Counted from the stretch's first letter, positions 41,081 to 50,667 are shown. The stretch is 64,000 nucleotides of DNA from an uncultured Candidatus Rokubacteria bacterium (GCA_963754315.1 CAVWFS010000008.1:416001-480000); one strand, 5' to 3'. The notes: generated by a model from the letters alone, not told the origin. Translations and numbers: made by a program.

Positions 41081-43396
41081 TCAGGGAACCGCGCGCAGGC
41101 GGCGCCAGAGGCGTTCGCGCGTGAGCGGCATTTCTCGCACCTCGACGGCCAGTGGACGGAGGGCGTCGGCTACCGCGTTGGCGATGGCGGCCGGCGCGGG
41201 GAGGGTGCCGCCTTCACCGGCACCCTTGACACCGAGCGGATTGAGCGGCGAGGGGGTTACCACGTGATGCACGACGAACGGTGGAAGATCGGCCGCCCGC
41301 GGAAGCGCGTAGTCCATCAACGTGCCCGTGAGCAGCTGCCCCCTCGCATCGTAGACGATTTCCTCCAGCAGGGCGTTGCCAACGCCGTGGGCGATGCCGC
41401 CATGAACCTGACCTTCGACCACCATGGGGTTGATCATGGTGCCACAGTCGTCTACCGCGACGTAACGGAGGAGCCGGACGGTGCCGGTCTCGCGGTCGAC
41501 CTCGACGACCGCGGCGTGCGCCCCGCTCGAGTAGGTCGACTGAAGCACGTGCACGTAGCCTGATGCCTCCAGTCCCGGATCCATCTTGCCGGGCAGCGCG
41601 TAGCCGGGACGGGGTGCCGTCGCGATGCCCGCGACGTCGCCAAGGGTGAGCCCGCGCGCCGGGGCGCCACGCACGGTGATGCGGCCGTCTTCCAACGTCA
41701 GATCTTCGGGCGCCGCCTCGAGATGATCGGCGGCCACGGCGATGGCTTTGTGGCGCACCTCGGCGGCGGCGTGGGCGGCCGAGGCGCTGGCCAGCACGGC
41801 GACTCGGCTGGCGAACGTTCCGACCCCGTAGGGAATGCCGGCCGTATCGCCCGGCACGACGGTCACCTGCTCGAGTGGTAACGACAGCTCATCGGCCACG
41901 ACCTGCGCGAGCGTGGTCTCATGGGCCTGGCCCTGACTCGAGGTACCGGAGAACACGAACACGTGACCAAGCGGATCGACCCTGACCCGGATGCCCTCAT
42001 AGGGCCCGAGCCCCGTATCCTCGACGAAGAGGGCAAACCCCACGCCTATAGATCGGCCCTCGGCGCGTGCCCGCTCGCGCTCAGCGGCGAAACTTGCCCA
42101 GCCGACGGCGTCCGCGGCCTTGCGAAGACACTCGGGGTAGTTGCCGCTATCGTAGCGGCGGGGACTGTTGTCCCGTGAGATGAGACCGACGTCGTACGGA
42201 AACTCGGACGGCTGGATCAGGTTGCGCGCGCGGATGGCCACCCGATCGAGCCCGAGGCGCTCGGCGGCGAGGTCGAGCATGCGCTCCATCACGAATACGG
42301 CCTGAGGACGGCCCGCGCCCCGCACCGGCGTGACCGGCACCCGATTGGTGTAGACCGCGGTCAAGGTGACTTCATAGTTCGGTACGCGATAGGGACCGGG
42401 CACGCTGACCGAGGTGATCAGGGGCACGATGACCCCCCAGGACACGAAGGCGCCGCAATCGTGCGCGAACGAATCGCGGAGGGCCACGATCTGTCCGTCA
42501 CGCGTGAGGCCCAGCTCAACGTCATGCCACTGGTCGCGCTCCTGGGTCACGGCGAGCAAGTGCTCACGTCGGGTCTCGATGAAGCGTACCGGACGATTGA
42601 GCGAGCGGGCGAGGAGCGGGATCAGGATGTCTTCGGAATAGACGATGGCCTTGGGCCCGAAGCCGCCCCCGATGTCCTGGGTGACCACGCGCACCGCGTG
42701 CTCGGGAAGGGCGAGGTACCGAGCGAGGAGACGACGCAGGATCTGTGGGGCCTGCGTGGTCGACCAGACGGTGATCTGTCCGAGATCGGCATCCCACCGG
42801 GCTGCGATGGCACGCGTCTCCATGGCCATGCCGGCGCCGCGGTGAAGGTGGAATCGCTCGCGCAGGACGACCTCGGCCCGCGCGAGGCCGCCCGCCGCAT
42901 CGCCCACGCGCTGGCTGAAGTGCGAGGCGACGTTCCCGGCCGGATGGACGCGTGGACCGTCGGTCGCGAGCGCCTCCTCGAGCGATGCGACAGCGGCCAG
43001 CGGCTCGTATTCGACCTTGAGTGCCTCGAGCGCATCAGCGGCTTGGGCGCCGGTCTCGGCAACGACAAGCGCTACCGGCTCGCCAGCGTAGGAGACAATC
43101 TGCTGCGGCAAGATCTCCGGGCAGGCCGGCGAGATCAGGCTAGGGTGGGGAACGAGCAGGGGCAATCGCCCCAGGGTGGCCACGTCGGAGGGGACGAGGA
43201 CGTGGATGACACCGGGCCGTCGCCGCGCTTCGTGGGCCTCGATACGCACGATCCGTGCGTGGGCGTGAGGACTCCGATGGACGGCGACGTGGAGCATTCC
43301 CGGAAGGGCCACATCAGCCACGTAGCGGCCATGACCTCTGACGAGGCGGGCGTCCTCGCGACGGCGTATCCGGGCACCAAAGAGGCGTTCGGCCAT
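41081..43396 (-). CDS. Xanthine dehydrogenase family molybdopterin-binding subunit (CoxL-like, not form I)
   Basis: RREDARL..G.GRY, RSPHAHA, IGGGFGPK, PVRGAGRPQA, GQAHET, VEGQVHGG, GVKGAGEGG. Confidence 0.92.
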   Translation of the reverse strand: MAERLFGARIRRREDARLVRGHGRYVADVALPGMLHVAVHRSPHAHARIVRIEAHEARRRPGVIHVLVPSDVATLGRLPLLVPHPSLISPACPEILPQQIVSYAGEPVALVVAETGAQAADALEALKVEYEPLAAVASLEEALATDGPRVHPAGNVASHFSQRVGDAAGGLARAEVVLRERFHLHRGAGMAMETRAIAARWDADLGQITVWSTTQAPQILRRLLARYLALPEHAVRVVTQDIGGGFGPKAIVYSEDILIPLLARSLNRPVRFIETRREHLLAVTQERDQWHDVELGLTRDGQIVALRDSFAHDCGAFVSWGVIVPLITSVSVPGPYRVPNYEVTLTAVYTNRVPVTPVRGAGRPQAVFVMERMLDLAAERLGLDRVAIRARNLIQPSEFPYDVGLISRDNSPRRYDSGNYPECLRKAADAVGWASFAAERERARAEGRSIGVGFALFVEDTGLGPYEGIRVRVDPLGHVFVFSGTSSQGQAHETTLAQVVADELSLPLEQVTVVPGDTAGIPYGVGTFASRVAVLASASAAHAAAEVRHKAIAVAADHLEAAPEDLTLEDGRITVRGAPARGLTLGDVAGIATAPRPGYALPGKMDPGLEASGYVHVLQSTYSSGAHAAVVEVDRETGTVRLLRYVAVDDCGTMINPMVVEGQVHGGIAHGVGNALLEEIVYDARGQLLTGTLMDYALPRAADLPPFVVHHVVTPSPLNPLGVKGAGEGGTLPAPAAIANAVADALRPLAVEVREMPLTRERLWRRLRAVP

Positions 43397-43653
43397 GGCG
43401 TGCCTCAGCCGCCCGCCGGGCGCAGCCCGGTGCCCGCACGGTTCCACAAGTCAGCCGCTATCGCCCTCCGCTGCATCACCTCTCCAGGAAACTGACCCGG
43501 TGCGAACCGCCTCTGTCAATCGACCGCGTGAGCGGACGGTAGTGTATCAGTATTGATTGCCGAGGCGGCCGAGGCGCAGTACCAGCTCGTCTGCGCTGCG
43601 CTATCATCGCTCTCTGGGCTGCCCCAGACCAGCCCATGGGTGAGGAGACAACC

Positions 43654-44838
43654 ATGCTGGAGAAGCTATCGGCCGACGTGTGCGTTCCCCGCGACGCACG
43701 CGAGGCTCTGCTTATCGGTCGCGCCTGGACGGTGCGAGACGGGGGACCATCCGTGATCGCCGTGCGCGGTCAGGAGGCCGTGGATCTGACGCGAGTCTAT
43801 CCGACGGTCAGCCAACTCCTGAACGTGGCGAAGCCGGCTGAGCTTCGGCAGGCGATCAAGCAGGCTCCGTCGATCGGGCCCCTGGCGGACCTTGTCGCGA
43901 ACAGTGTGGAGGGACACCGCGATCCCTCGAAGCCGTGGCTGCTGGCCCCCTGTGACCTGCAGGCGGTCAAGGCCAGCGGGGTGACGTTCATCGCGAGCCT
44001 GCTCGAGCGCGTCATCGAAGAACGCGCGCGGGGGAATCCCGCCCTCGCCGATGGTGTCCGACGCGAGATCGAGGCGATCATTGGTCCTGATCTGCGCGGC
44101 CTACGGCCGGGTTCGCCAGAGGCGGCCAGGGTCAAAGAGGTGCTGGTGGCCCGGGGCATGTGGTCGCAGTATCTCGAGGTTGGCATCGGGCCTGACGCGG
44201 AGCTGTTCACGAAGTGTCCGCCCATGGCGGCGGTGGGACTGGGAGCGCGGGTCGGCATCCATCCGACCTCGGTCTGGAGTAACCCCGAGCCCGAGCTGGT
44301 GCTCGCCATCAACAGCGCGGGCACCATCGTGGCGGTCGCCCTCGGCAATGACGTGAACCTGCGAGACGTCGAGGGACGCAGCGCGTTGTTGCTGGCCCGT
44401 GCCAAGGATAACAACGCCTCGTGCGCGATCGGCCCCTTCTTCCGGGTGCTGGACGAGACCTTCACGCTCGATGTCGTGCGCCGCCTCAGCTTCGAGACGG
44501 TGGTGGAGGGTCGCGATGGGTTCCGGGTGACGCACACCACGCGCGTGAGTGAGATCAGCCGTGACCTCGCCGATCTGGCCACCCAGGCCATCGGCCGCCA
44601 TCACCAGTATCCCGACGGGTTCGTGCTGTTCATCGGGACCATGTTCGCGCCCGTCGACGATCGCGGCGCTCCCGGCAGCGGTTTCACCCACAAGGTCGGG
44701 GACGTCGTGAGGATCTCGGCTTCCGAGCTTGGCTCCCTGGTCAACGAGGTGGTCTTCTGTGATCAGGCGGAGCCGTGGACCTTCGGGACGGGCGCTCTGA
44801 TGGCGAACCTGGCGCGCCGGGGTCTTCTGCGAGCCTAG
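43654..44838 (+). CDS. Fumarylacetoacetate-hydrolase family protein, XylX-like (2-keto-3-deoxy-sugar-acid dehydratase)
   Basis: APCDLQAVKASGVTF, WSQYLEVGIGPDAELFTK, NPEPE, GNDVNLRDVEGRSALLL..AKDN, HQYPDG. Confidence 0.88.
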   Translation: MLEKLSADVCVPRDAREALLIGRAWTVRDGGPSVIAVRGQEAVDLTRVYPTVSQLLNVAKPAELRQAIKQAPSIGPLADLVANSVEGHRDPSKPWLLAPCDLQAVKASGVTFIASLLERVIEERARGNPALADGVRREIEAIIGPDLRGLRPGSPEAARVKEVLVARGMWSQYLEVGIGPDAELFTKCPPMAAVGLGARVGIHPTSVWSNPEPELVLAINSAGTIVAVALGNDVNLRDVEGRSALLLARAKDNNASCAIGPFFRVLDETFTLDVVRRLSFETVVEGRDGFRVTHTTRVSEISRDLADLATQAIGRHHQYPDGFVLFIGTMFAPVDDRGAPGSGFTHKVGDVVRISASELGSLVNEVVFCDQAEPWTFGTGALMANLARRGLLRA

Positions 44839-44872
44839 ATAATCGCGAGAGCGCGGGCACCGCGATCGAGCC

Positions 44873-45430
44873 ATGAGCAAGCACACACACGTGATCGAGC
44901 GGTTGACTCTGCCGGTGGGTGACTCCGATCTTCGTTCTCTCGCCCAACTTCTAGTCGACGCGGTCGAGTCCGGGGCGGCCGTGAGCTTTCTCGCGCCTCT
45001 CCCGCTCGAGCGCGCGGAAGACTGGTGGCGAAGGACCATCGCGGCGTCCCACTCCGGGGCGATCTTCCTCGTCGCTCGCGATGCCGAAGGAATCGTGGGT
45101 ACCGTCCAACTCCACCCGGCCTGGGCACCGAACCAGCCGCATCGCGCGGAGATTGCGAAGCTGCTGGTCCATCGTCGGAGCCGCCGCACGCGTCTGGGCA
45201 CTCAGCTGATGCACACCATCGAGGACGCGGCGCGGCACGCCGGGTTTGGCCTCCTGACGCTCGACACGAAGCAGGGAGACGGGGCCGAGCGCTTGTATCG
45301 AAATCTCGGCTGGATCCCCGTGGGGACGATCCCAGGGTATGCCCTCAATCCGGACCGAACCCTGCACGCCACGGTGATCTTCTACAAGGATCTGAATCGA
45401 GCCGGTTCCTCACGGACTGGGCCAGGCTGA
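44873..45430 (+). CDS. GNAT acetyltransferase (Ttr-like)
   Basis: GAAVSFLAP, PNQPHRAEIAKLLVH, LLTLDT, AERLY..LGW. Confidence 0.88.
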   Translation: MSKHTHVIERLTLPVGDSDLRSLAQLLVDAVESGAAVSFLAPLPLERAEDWWRRTIAASHSGAIFLVARDAEGIVGTVQLHPAWAPNQPHRAEIAKLLVHRRSRRTRLGTQLMHTIEDAARHAGFGLLTLDTKQGDGAERLYRNLGWIPVGTIPGYALNPDRTLHATVIFYKDLNRAGSSRTGPG

Positions 45431-45526
45431 TGCTGGCTCGCGCGCGCTCGCCGCGGCCTCTCAACGCGGGACGCTCGCCTGGGGTAACTCAGTGAAACGC
45501 AGGAGCCGTGCCGATGCCAAGACTAT

Positions 45527-45850
45527 ATGAGCGATACCCTTGGTCGGGTCGTCCAGCTTATTCAGGAAGGGCGGGTTCTGGTCTCAATACACGGCTATGA
45601 CGAGATGGCCGAGGATGGCATTCTCGCCGTTGAGGCGATCGAGGGAGCTGCGGTCGCAACCGTGATCGAGGACTACCCGGAATACGGCAAGGGGCCTTGT
45701 ACGCTGGTGCTCCAACGAGACCGGGGCGGGCGCCCGATCCATGTGGTGTGGGGCATCCCGCGGGGACAGGTCAGCGTCGCCAGCGCGTGCTGGCTGACGG
45801 CCTACCGGCCTCGATCCCCGCAGGTGAATCGAGCTCGACGACTTCGATAA
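45527..45850 (+). pseudogene. DUF4258-family (RelE/BrnT-like) toxin with a degraded 3' end
   Basis: SIHGYDEM..DGI, VIEDYP.YGKGPC.LVLQ, PIHVVWGIP, TAYRP. Confidence 0.7.
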
Positions 45851-45867
45851 CACGCCGGCGGAGGGAG

Positions 45868-46140
45868 ATGATGAGACAGAGACGAGCAGCCACACCAAAC
45901 TCGTACAGCGAGTGGGACGTGAAAGCTGCCGCAGAGGTTGAGGTACGAGCGTGATCGACGCGGCATCGGCCGGCTGGGCGACCCCTGGCGGGTATGACCT
46001 CGATCCGAAGCATTCTTGCGTGGAGCACGCTTCGACGAGGGCTTCGACGAGGTACGCTGAACCGGCGCTACGGCGGAGCGTGAGGCCATCCGAATATCGG
46101 TGCCGCGCTGCGCGACCCGGCGCGAGAGAAGAGGCTATGG
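45868..46140 (+). pseudogene. Heavily disrupted partner (antitoxin-like) gene of the DUF4258 toxin
   Basis: GGAGGGAG RBS plus ATG; fragments HTKLV, AAEVEV, GWA, DEVR and ALRR scattered over frames. Confidence 0.45.
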
Positions 46141-46374
46141 TCAGCAACTCACGGCCGCTCTCGGCATGAACGCCGACGGAGCAAGCGTATGCAGCAGGCT
46201 CGCGGCAGAGAGCCTACGACCGTTCATCGCCAGTGCACGGATGTTGTGCTCCTCGACCCGGATACGCCGCTGACTTCCGAGGTGCTTCCGTAGTCGTAAA
46301 TACGCGCTTCGTTGTTGTCTCTTTGGCAAGGGCACAGGTGGATGCCGAAGTCGGGAACGGTTCGGGGCACGATC

Positions 46375-46463
46375 GCCGAACAGGCCGCTCAGCCGCGGAT
46401 CCACAGAGCGTGGCGCACCGAGGGGGTGCGGGCGCAGCTCGCGGCTGAGCGGCAACGTTGTGC
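46375..46463 (+). repeat. attC-like palindromic site
   Basis: GCCGAAC (46375-46381), perfect 14-bp inverted repeat GCCGCTCAGCCGCG (46384-46397) / CGCGGCTGAGCGGC (46440-46453), then GTTGTGC (46457-46463). Confidence 0.5.
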
Positions 46464-46553
46464 GCCACGGGCCCCGGGGCGTCATCTGACACATTGTCTC
46501 CGGACTCGGGCCCGGCGCAAAGTCCTGCCGCCAAAAGCGCCGTGCTCGGAAGA

Positions 46554-46775
46554 ATCCCGATGGGCTCGTCCTGTTCATCGGGACCGCACCCGTGGCCGAT
46601 CGCGGCGCCCCGGGAGCGGATTCACCGACAAGGTGGGTGACGTCGTCAGAACTCAACCCCTGAGCCGGGGACGCGGGTCAATGATGTGGTGTTATGCGAT
46701 CAAGCGGAAACGTGGACCTTCGGGACGAGACCTCTGATGGCCAACCTCACCCGCCGGGGATTGCTGGGGACGTAG
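46554..46775 (+). pseudogene. Degenerate copy of the last ~75 codons of the FAH-family gene (44609-44838)
   Basis: Collinear blocks CTGTTCATCGGGACC, GATCGCGGCGC, ACAAGGT.GG.GACGTCGT, CGTGGACCTTCGGGACG, CTCTGATGGC.AACCT, CGCCGGGG and the final TAG. Confidence 0.85.
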
Positions 46776-46863
46776 ACAATGGTTCCGCGCCATCGGCCTA
46801 GGATGAAGAAGTTGCCAGGATGGCGCTTGACCCCCGAAGAGGGACGGGTGTATAGATAGGCGC

Positions 46864-47112
46864 ATGCCGCGCATGCAAGTTTACCTGCCTGACGACCTCT
46901 ACGATCTGATCAAGAAGCGCCGATTGCCGGCGTCAGAGCTCTTGCAGAAAGCCGTGCGGGCTGAAGTGCGTCGTTTGGATTTGCTGGCGGAGAGCGACCG
47001 CTACGTCGCCGATTTGGTGTCGCAGGTAGGGCGGCCCAACGCCGCCGAACGCTCCCGAGCAAGCGCCGTCGCTGGACGAATCGCGAGGCGAGCGACCCGC
47101 AAGGTCGGTTGA
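46864..47112 (+). CDS. RHH-type (CcdA-like) antitoxin
   Basis: MPRMQVYLPDDLY…ASELLQKAV; overlaps the PIN gene; TTGACC-18-TATAGA just upstream with no RBS. Confidence 0.75.
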   Translation: MPRMQVYLPDDLYDLIKKRRLPASELLQKAVRAEVRRLDLLAESDRYVADLVSQVGRPNAAERSRASAVAGRIARRATRKVG

Positions 47113-47498
47113 GCGCCGTGCTGGTGCTCGATTCGAGTGCGGTCAGCCGCCTCGCGGAGCGCTCTCGGCCGGTGCTAGCTCTGATCCTGGCCCTCCGCGA
47201 GGAGGGCCTGTGGCCTCCCGTGGTTCCGTCGATCGTCCTCGTGGAGTGTCTGCAGGGACACGCCGGCCGCGACGCCGCCGAGAACAAGTTCCTCAAGACA
47301 TGCGAGATCGTGGAGGAGATAGGCGAGCCGCTCGCGAGACGCGCAGCCTATCTGCGCCGACATGCTCGTCTAGGCTCGGCCGTCGACGCGCTGGTCGTCG
47401 CGATCGCCGAACCCGACGGGACTGTGCTCACCTCGGATCCAGACGACTTGGAACCGCTCGCCTCTCACGCCCGGCGCGTCAGGATCGAACGCATCTGA
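47109..47498 (+). CDS. PIN-domain toxin
   Basis: LVLDSSAV, VLVECL, SAVDALVVA, VLTSDPDDL. Confidence 0.82.
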   Translation: MSAVLVLDSSAVSRLAERSRPVLALILALREEGLWPPVVPSIVLVECLQGHAGRDAAENKFLKTCEIVEEIGEPLARRAAYLRRHARLGSAVDALVVAIAEPDGTVLTSDPDDLEPLASHARRVRIERI

Positions 47499-47530
47499 GC
47501 CGCCGCCGAATGGTGGAATAGGACGCGGCC

Positions 47531-47880
47531 ATGGCAAAGCCGAAGAGAGCCGGGCGGGCAGGGAAGAATGGGAGCAGCGCCACGGTCGGCTATGAGGCGC
47601 AGCTCTGGCAGATGGCCGACGCGCTGCGCGGCAGCATGGACGCCGCCGAGTACAAGCACGTCGTCCTGGGCCTGATCTTCCTCAAGTACATCTCCGACGC
47701 CTTCGAGGAGCAGCACGCCAAGCTGGTCGCGGAGAAGTCCAAGGGTGCGGACCCCGAGGACCCGGACGAGTACCGCGCCCTGAGCATCTTCTGGGTGCCA
47801 CCCGAGGCGCGCTGGGCGCACCTGAAGGGCCAGGCCCGCCAGGCGACCATCGGCCAGCTCGTCGACGACGCCATGACCGG
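47531..47880 (+). pseudogene. hsdM: N-terminal fragment of a type I restriction-modification methylase
   Basis: [39 protein letters not shown]…FWVPPEARW…IGQLVDDAM, then an abrupt switch. Confidence 0.9.
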
Positions 47881-48105
47881 TCGAATTTTGCACATTGCCG
47901 GTTCAGACAGGCCGGTCAGAATTCTTCAACCTCGACGTTATCGTCTCCGTCGGCTAGCGAGTCAAGCCGCCCAGGGCACGCGCTTTCGCCAGTGGGCCAC
48001 CCGCACCCTGCGTGAGCACTTGCTGCGCGGCTGATACGCTAAACGAGCGCCGGCTGCGGAGCAGGGTATGAACGAGGTCGAGCAGGCGTCGACCTGCTCG
48101 CCCGC
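47880..48105 (+). pseudogene. rhuM: Internal fragment of a RhuM-family gene
   Basis: Across frames: [53 protein letters not shown]. Confidence 0.75.
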
Positions 48106-48229
48106 CGCTGACCGCGCTCCTCTCCGCGGAATAGGCGGTCGCATGAGTCACGTCGGTGAGCGGTTTATCTGAGAGGCTTGACTCGGCCGGGGCGGAGCGC
48201 GATGCTCCCCGGGCAGGCCAAACGGGGAG

Positions 48230-49126
48230 GTGTCAGTGAGTGACCCGATCAGCATCCAGTTCACGCGCTTTTCCGCCTTCTATTCGCCGCTGATCGCCAC
48301 CATTGCCGGCGGCTTCCTCAAAGAGGAAGGGCTCGAGCCGGTGCACTCGATCGCCCCGGCCGGTACCTCGGCCATCGAGGGGCTGGTGAAGGGAACGGTA
48401 CACGTCTGTCAGTCGGCGCCGTCTCAGGGATTCGGTCCCCTGGAAAAGGGCCAGCGGCCGCCGGCCGTGCACTTCGCTCAGATCAACGAGAAGGACGGAT
48501 TCTTTCTCACCGCTCGCGCGCCTGATCCGGCGTTCACCTGGGACAAGCTGCGAGGCAAACGGGTGCTCGTTGACCATGGCGGTCAGCCGCTCGCCATGTT
48601 CAAGTATGCCTGCCATCGTCGGGGGCTGGACTACTCGGCCATCCACGCCGTCGACGTGCCGAGCGGGCAGATGGATCAGGCCTTCCGGAAAGGCGACGGA
48701 GACTACATTCACCAGCAAGGCCCGGCCCCGCAGCAGCTCGAGCACGATGGTGTCGGTCACGTGGTGGCTTCGGTGGGCGAGGCGATTGGCCCCTGTGCGT
48801 TCTCGAGTCTGGCCGCCACCCGTGAGTGGTTGCGCACGGACATGGCCAAGCGGTTCATGCGAGCCTATCGCAAGGCGCGTGCCTGGATCGTCAACACGCC
48901 GCCGGCCACCATTGCCGCCGCGGAGGCCTCGTTCTTTCCAGAGATCGACCGAGCCGTCCTCACCGCGACCTTGACCTACTATCAGAAGCTCGGCTGCTGG
49001 ACGCCGCACGTGGAGATCACGCGTCCGGCCTTCGAGGTAGCCCTCGACGTCTTCCAGCATGCTGGTCTGATCACCAAGCGGCACGCGTACGAGGACGTGG
49101 TGGCGGCGCCGCCTGACGGGACCTGA
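48230..49126 (+). CDS. ABC-type solute-binding protein, NMT1/THI5/SsuA-like, with no obvious signal peptide
   Basis: SAFYSPLIA..GGFLKEEGL, FAQINEKDGFFL, F.WDKL.GK; no cognate permease nearby. Confidence 0.75.
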   Translation: MSVSDPISIQFTRFSAFYSPLIATIAGGFLKEEGLEPVHSIAPAGTSAIEGLVKGTVHVCQSAPSQGFGPLEKGQRPPAVHFAQINEKDGFFLTARAPDPAFTWDKLRGKRVLVDHGGQPLAMFKYACHRRGLDYSAIHAVDVPSGQMDQAFRKGDGDYIHQQGPAPQQLEHDGVGHVVASVGEAIGPCAFSSLAATREWLRTDMAKRFMRAYRKARAWIVNTPPATIAAAEASFFPEIDRAVLTATLTYYQKLGCWTPHVEITRPAFEVALDVFQHAGLITKRHAYEDVVAAPPDGT

Positions 49127-49185
49127 GGGACGCGCGCAGACTCGTTGGGCGAGAGCGAGACACGTCGAACAAGGAGAGCGAGATC

Positions 49186-49494
49186 ATGGCTGATGTGCTG
49201 ACGGTGGTTGCGAAGATCCGGGCGGCAAAAGGGAAGGGTGACGCCCTGGCCGCCTTGCTCAAAGAACAGGTGGCGGCGGTACGGAAGGCGGAGCCGGGTT
49301 GTCTGGTGTACCGCCCGCATCGGTCCACCAAGGACCCCGACGTGTTCGTCTTCTACGAACAGTACAAGGACGACGCCGCCTTCGACGCTCACCGCAAGGC
49401 GCCCCATCTGGCCGCCTATCGCGAACGTCGCGAGAAGGAAGGGCTCATCGAGGGCCCGGCCGAGGTCGAGATCTACCGCTCGATCACCGACTAG
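49186..49494 (+). CDS. Antibiotic-biosynthesis-monooxygenase (ABM) family protein
   Basis: EPGCLVY, FVFYEQY.D.AAFDAH..APH; AAGGAG RBS. Confidence 0.9.
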   Translation: MADVLTVVAKIRAAKGKGDALAALLKEQVAAVRKAEPGCLVYRPHRSTKDPDVFVFYEQYKDDAAFDAHRKAPHLAAYRERREKEGLIEGPAEVEIYRSITD

Positions 49495-49537
49495 CGGGCA
49501 ACGCGGCGCCCACCACCGACGAACCAAAGGAGGGTCC

Positions 49538-50667
49538 GTGCTCTTCACATGTCCTGGGCCGGCCGCCCGCGGTGGCCGGCCGCCGGCCGGCAAGGGTGGC
49601 CCACGGCCCTTCTGTATCGACGTGCACTGTCACGTGCACTACCCGCCTGCTGACGAGATGGTGAAACACGCGTTCAGGCCGGAGCAGGAACCATCCGCGC
49701 GGTTCTCCAATGATCTCTCGCGGACCACCAATCAGAAGCAGATGCAGAACGTCCACCAGTGCCTGACGTCGGTGGAGCAGCGCCTGCGCGACATGGACAA
49801 GATGGGGGTCGACGTCCAGGCCATCTCCTGCTCGCCCTTCCAGTTCAAGTACTCCCTCGATCCGGAGCTTGGGCAGAGGGCCGCCCGCGCCATCAACGAG
49901 CATCTGGCGGCGATCGTGCAAAAGCACCCGCACCGGTTCGTGGCCCTCGCCAACGTGCCGCTGCAGGCGCCAGACGCGGCCGCGGCCGAGCTCGAATACT
50001 GCGTCAAGACCCTCGGCTTCCGAGGCGTGGAGATCGGAACCAACGTTGCCGGCGCCGAAGTTTCGCGCGGCCGGGACGCGTTCTGGGCCATGGTGCAGGA
50101 GCTCGACGTCATGGTGTTCATGCATCCCAACGGGTTCACGGGTGGAGAGCGGTTGGCCGACCATTACTTCATCAACGTCATTGGCAATCCGCTCGACTCG
50201 ACGGTGGCCATCGCCCATCTCGTCTTCGACGGGGTACTGGAGCGCTTTCCCCGGCTGAAGATCGTGGCCGCCCACGGGGGCGGCTACGTCTCGCACTATC
50301 CGGCCCGCATGGATCATGTCTGGAACGCGCGCGTGGATGCCCGGACGGTGCTCAAGAAGCGGCCGCGTCAGTCGCTCGCCAAGCTGTACTTCGACACGAT
50401 CGTGTTCGACCGCGCGCAACTGCAACACCTGGTGAACCTGTGGGGTGTCGATCACGTCGTGGTCGGCACCGACTATCCCTACGACATGGGGTGGTACGAC
50501 CCGCGGGGATTCGTGGACGGCTGCGACTTTCTCAAGGCTGCCGACAAGGCCAGGATCATGGGGGGCAACGCCGCCAAGCTCCTGAAGATCACCAACCGCC
50601 TGCGCTCGATGGGCATCGCCGCTGCCGTCAAGAGCTCAGGAGCGACCCGCCCCTCCGCAAGAAGTGA
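49538..50667 (+). CDS. Amidohydrolase 2 (ACMSD/decarboxylase-like); probable 1-nt frameshift just before the stop
   Basis: IDVHCH, FMHP, AHGGG, VGTDYPYDM; AGGAGG RBS before GTG 49538; adding one C near 50656 gives …PSRKK* at 50667. Confidence 0.85.

Noticed and set aside
41081..43396. Aerobic CO dehydrogenase (coxL)
   Set aside because: Lacks the AYxCSFR motif, and coxM/coxS and accessory genes are absent
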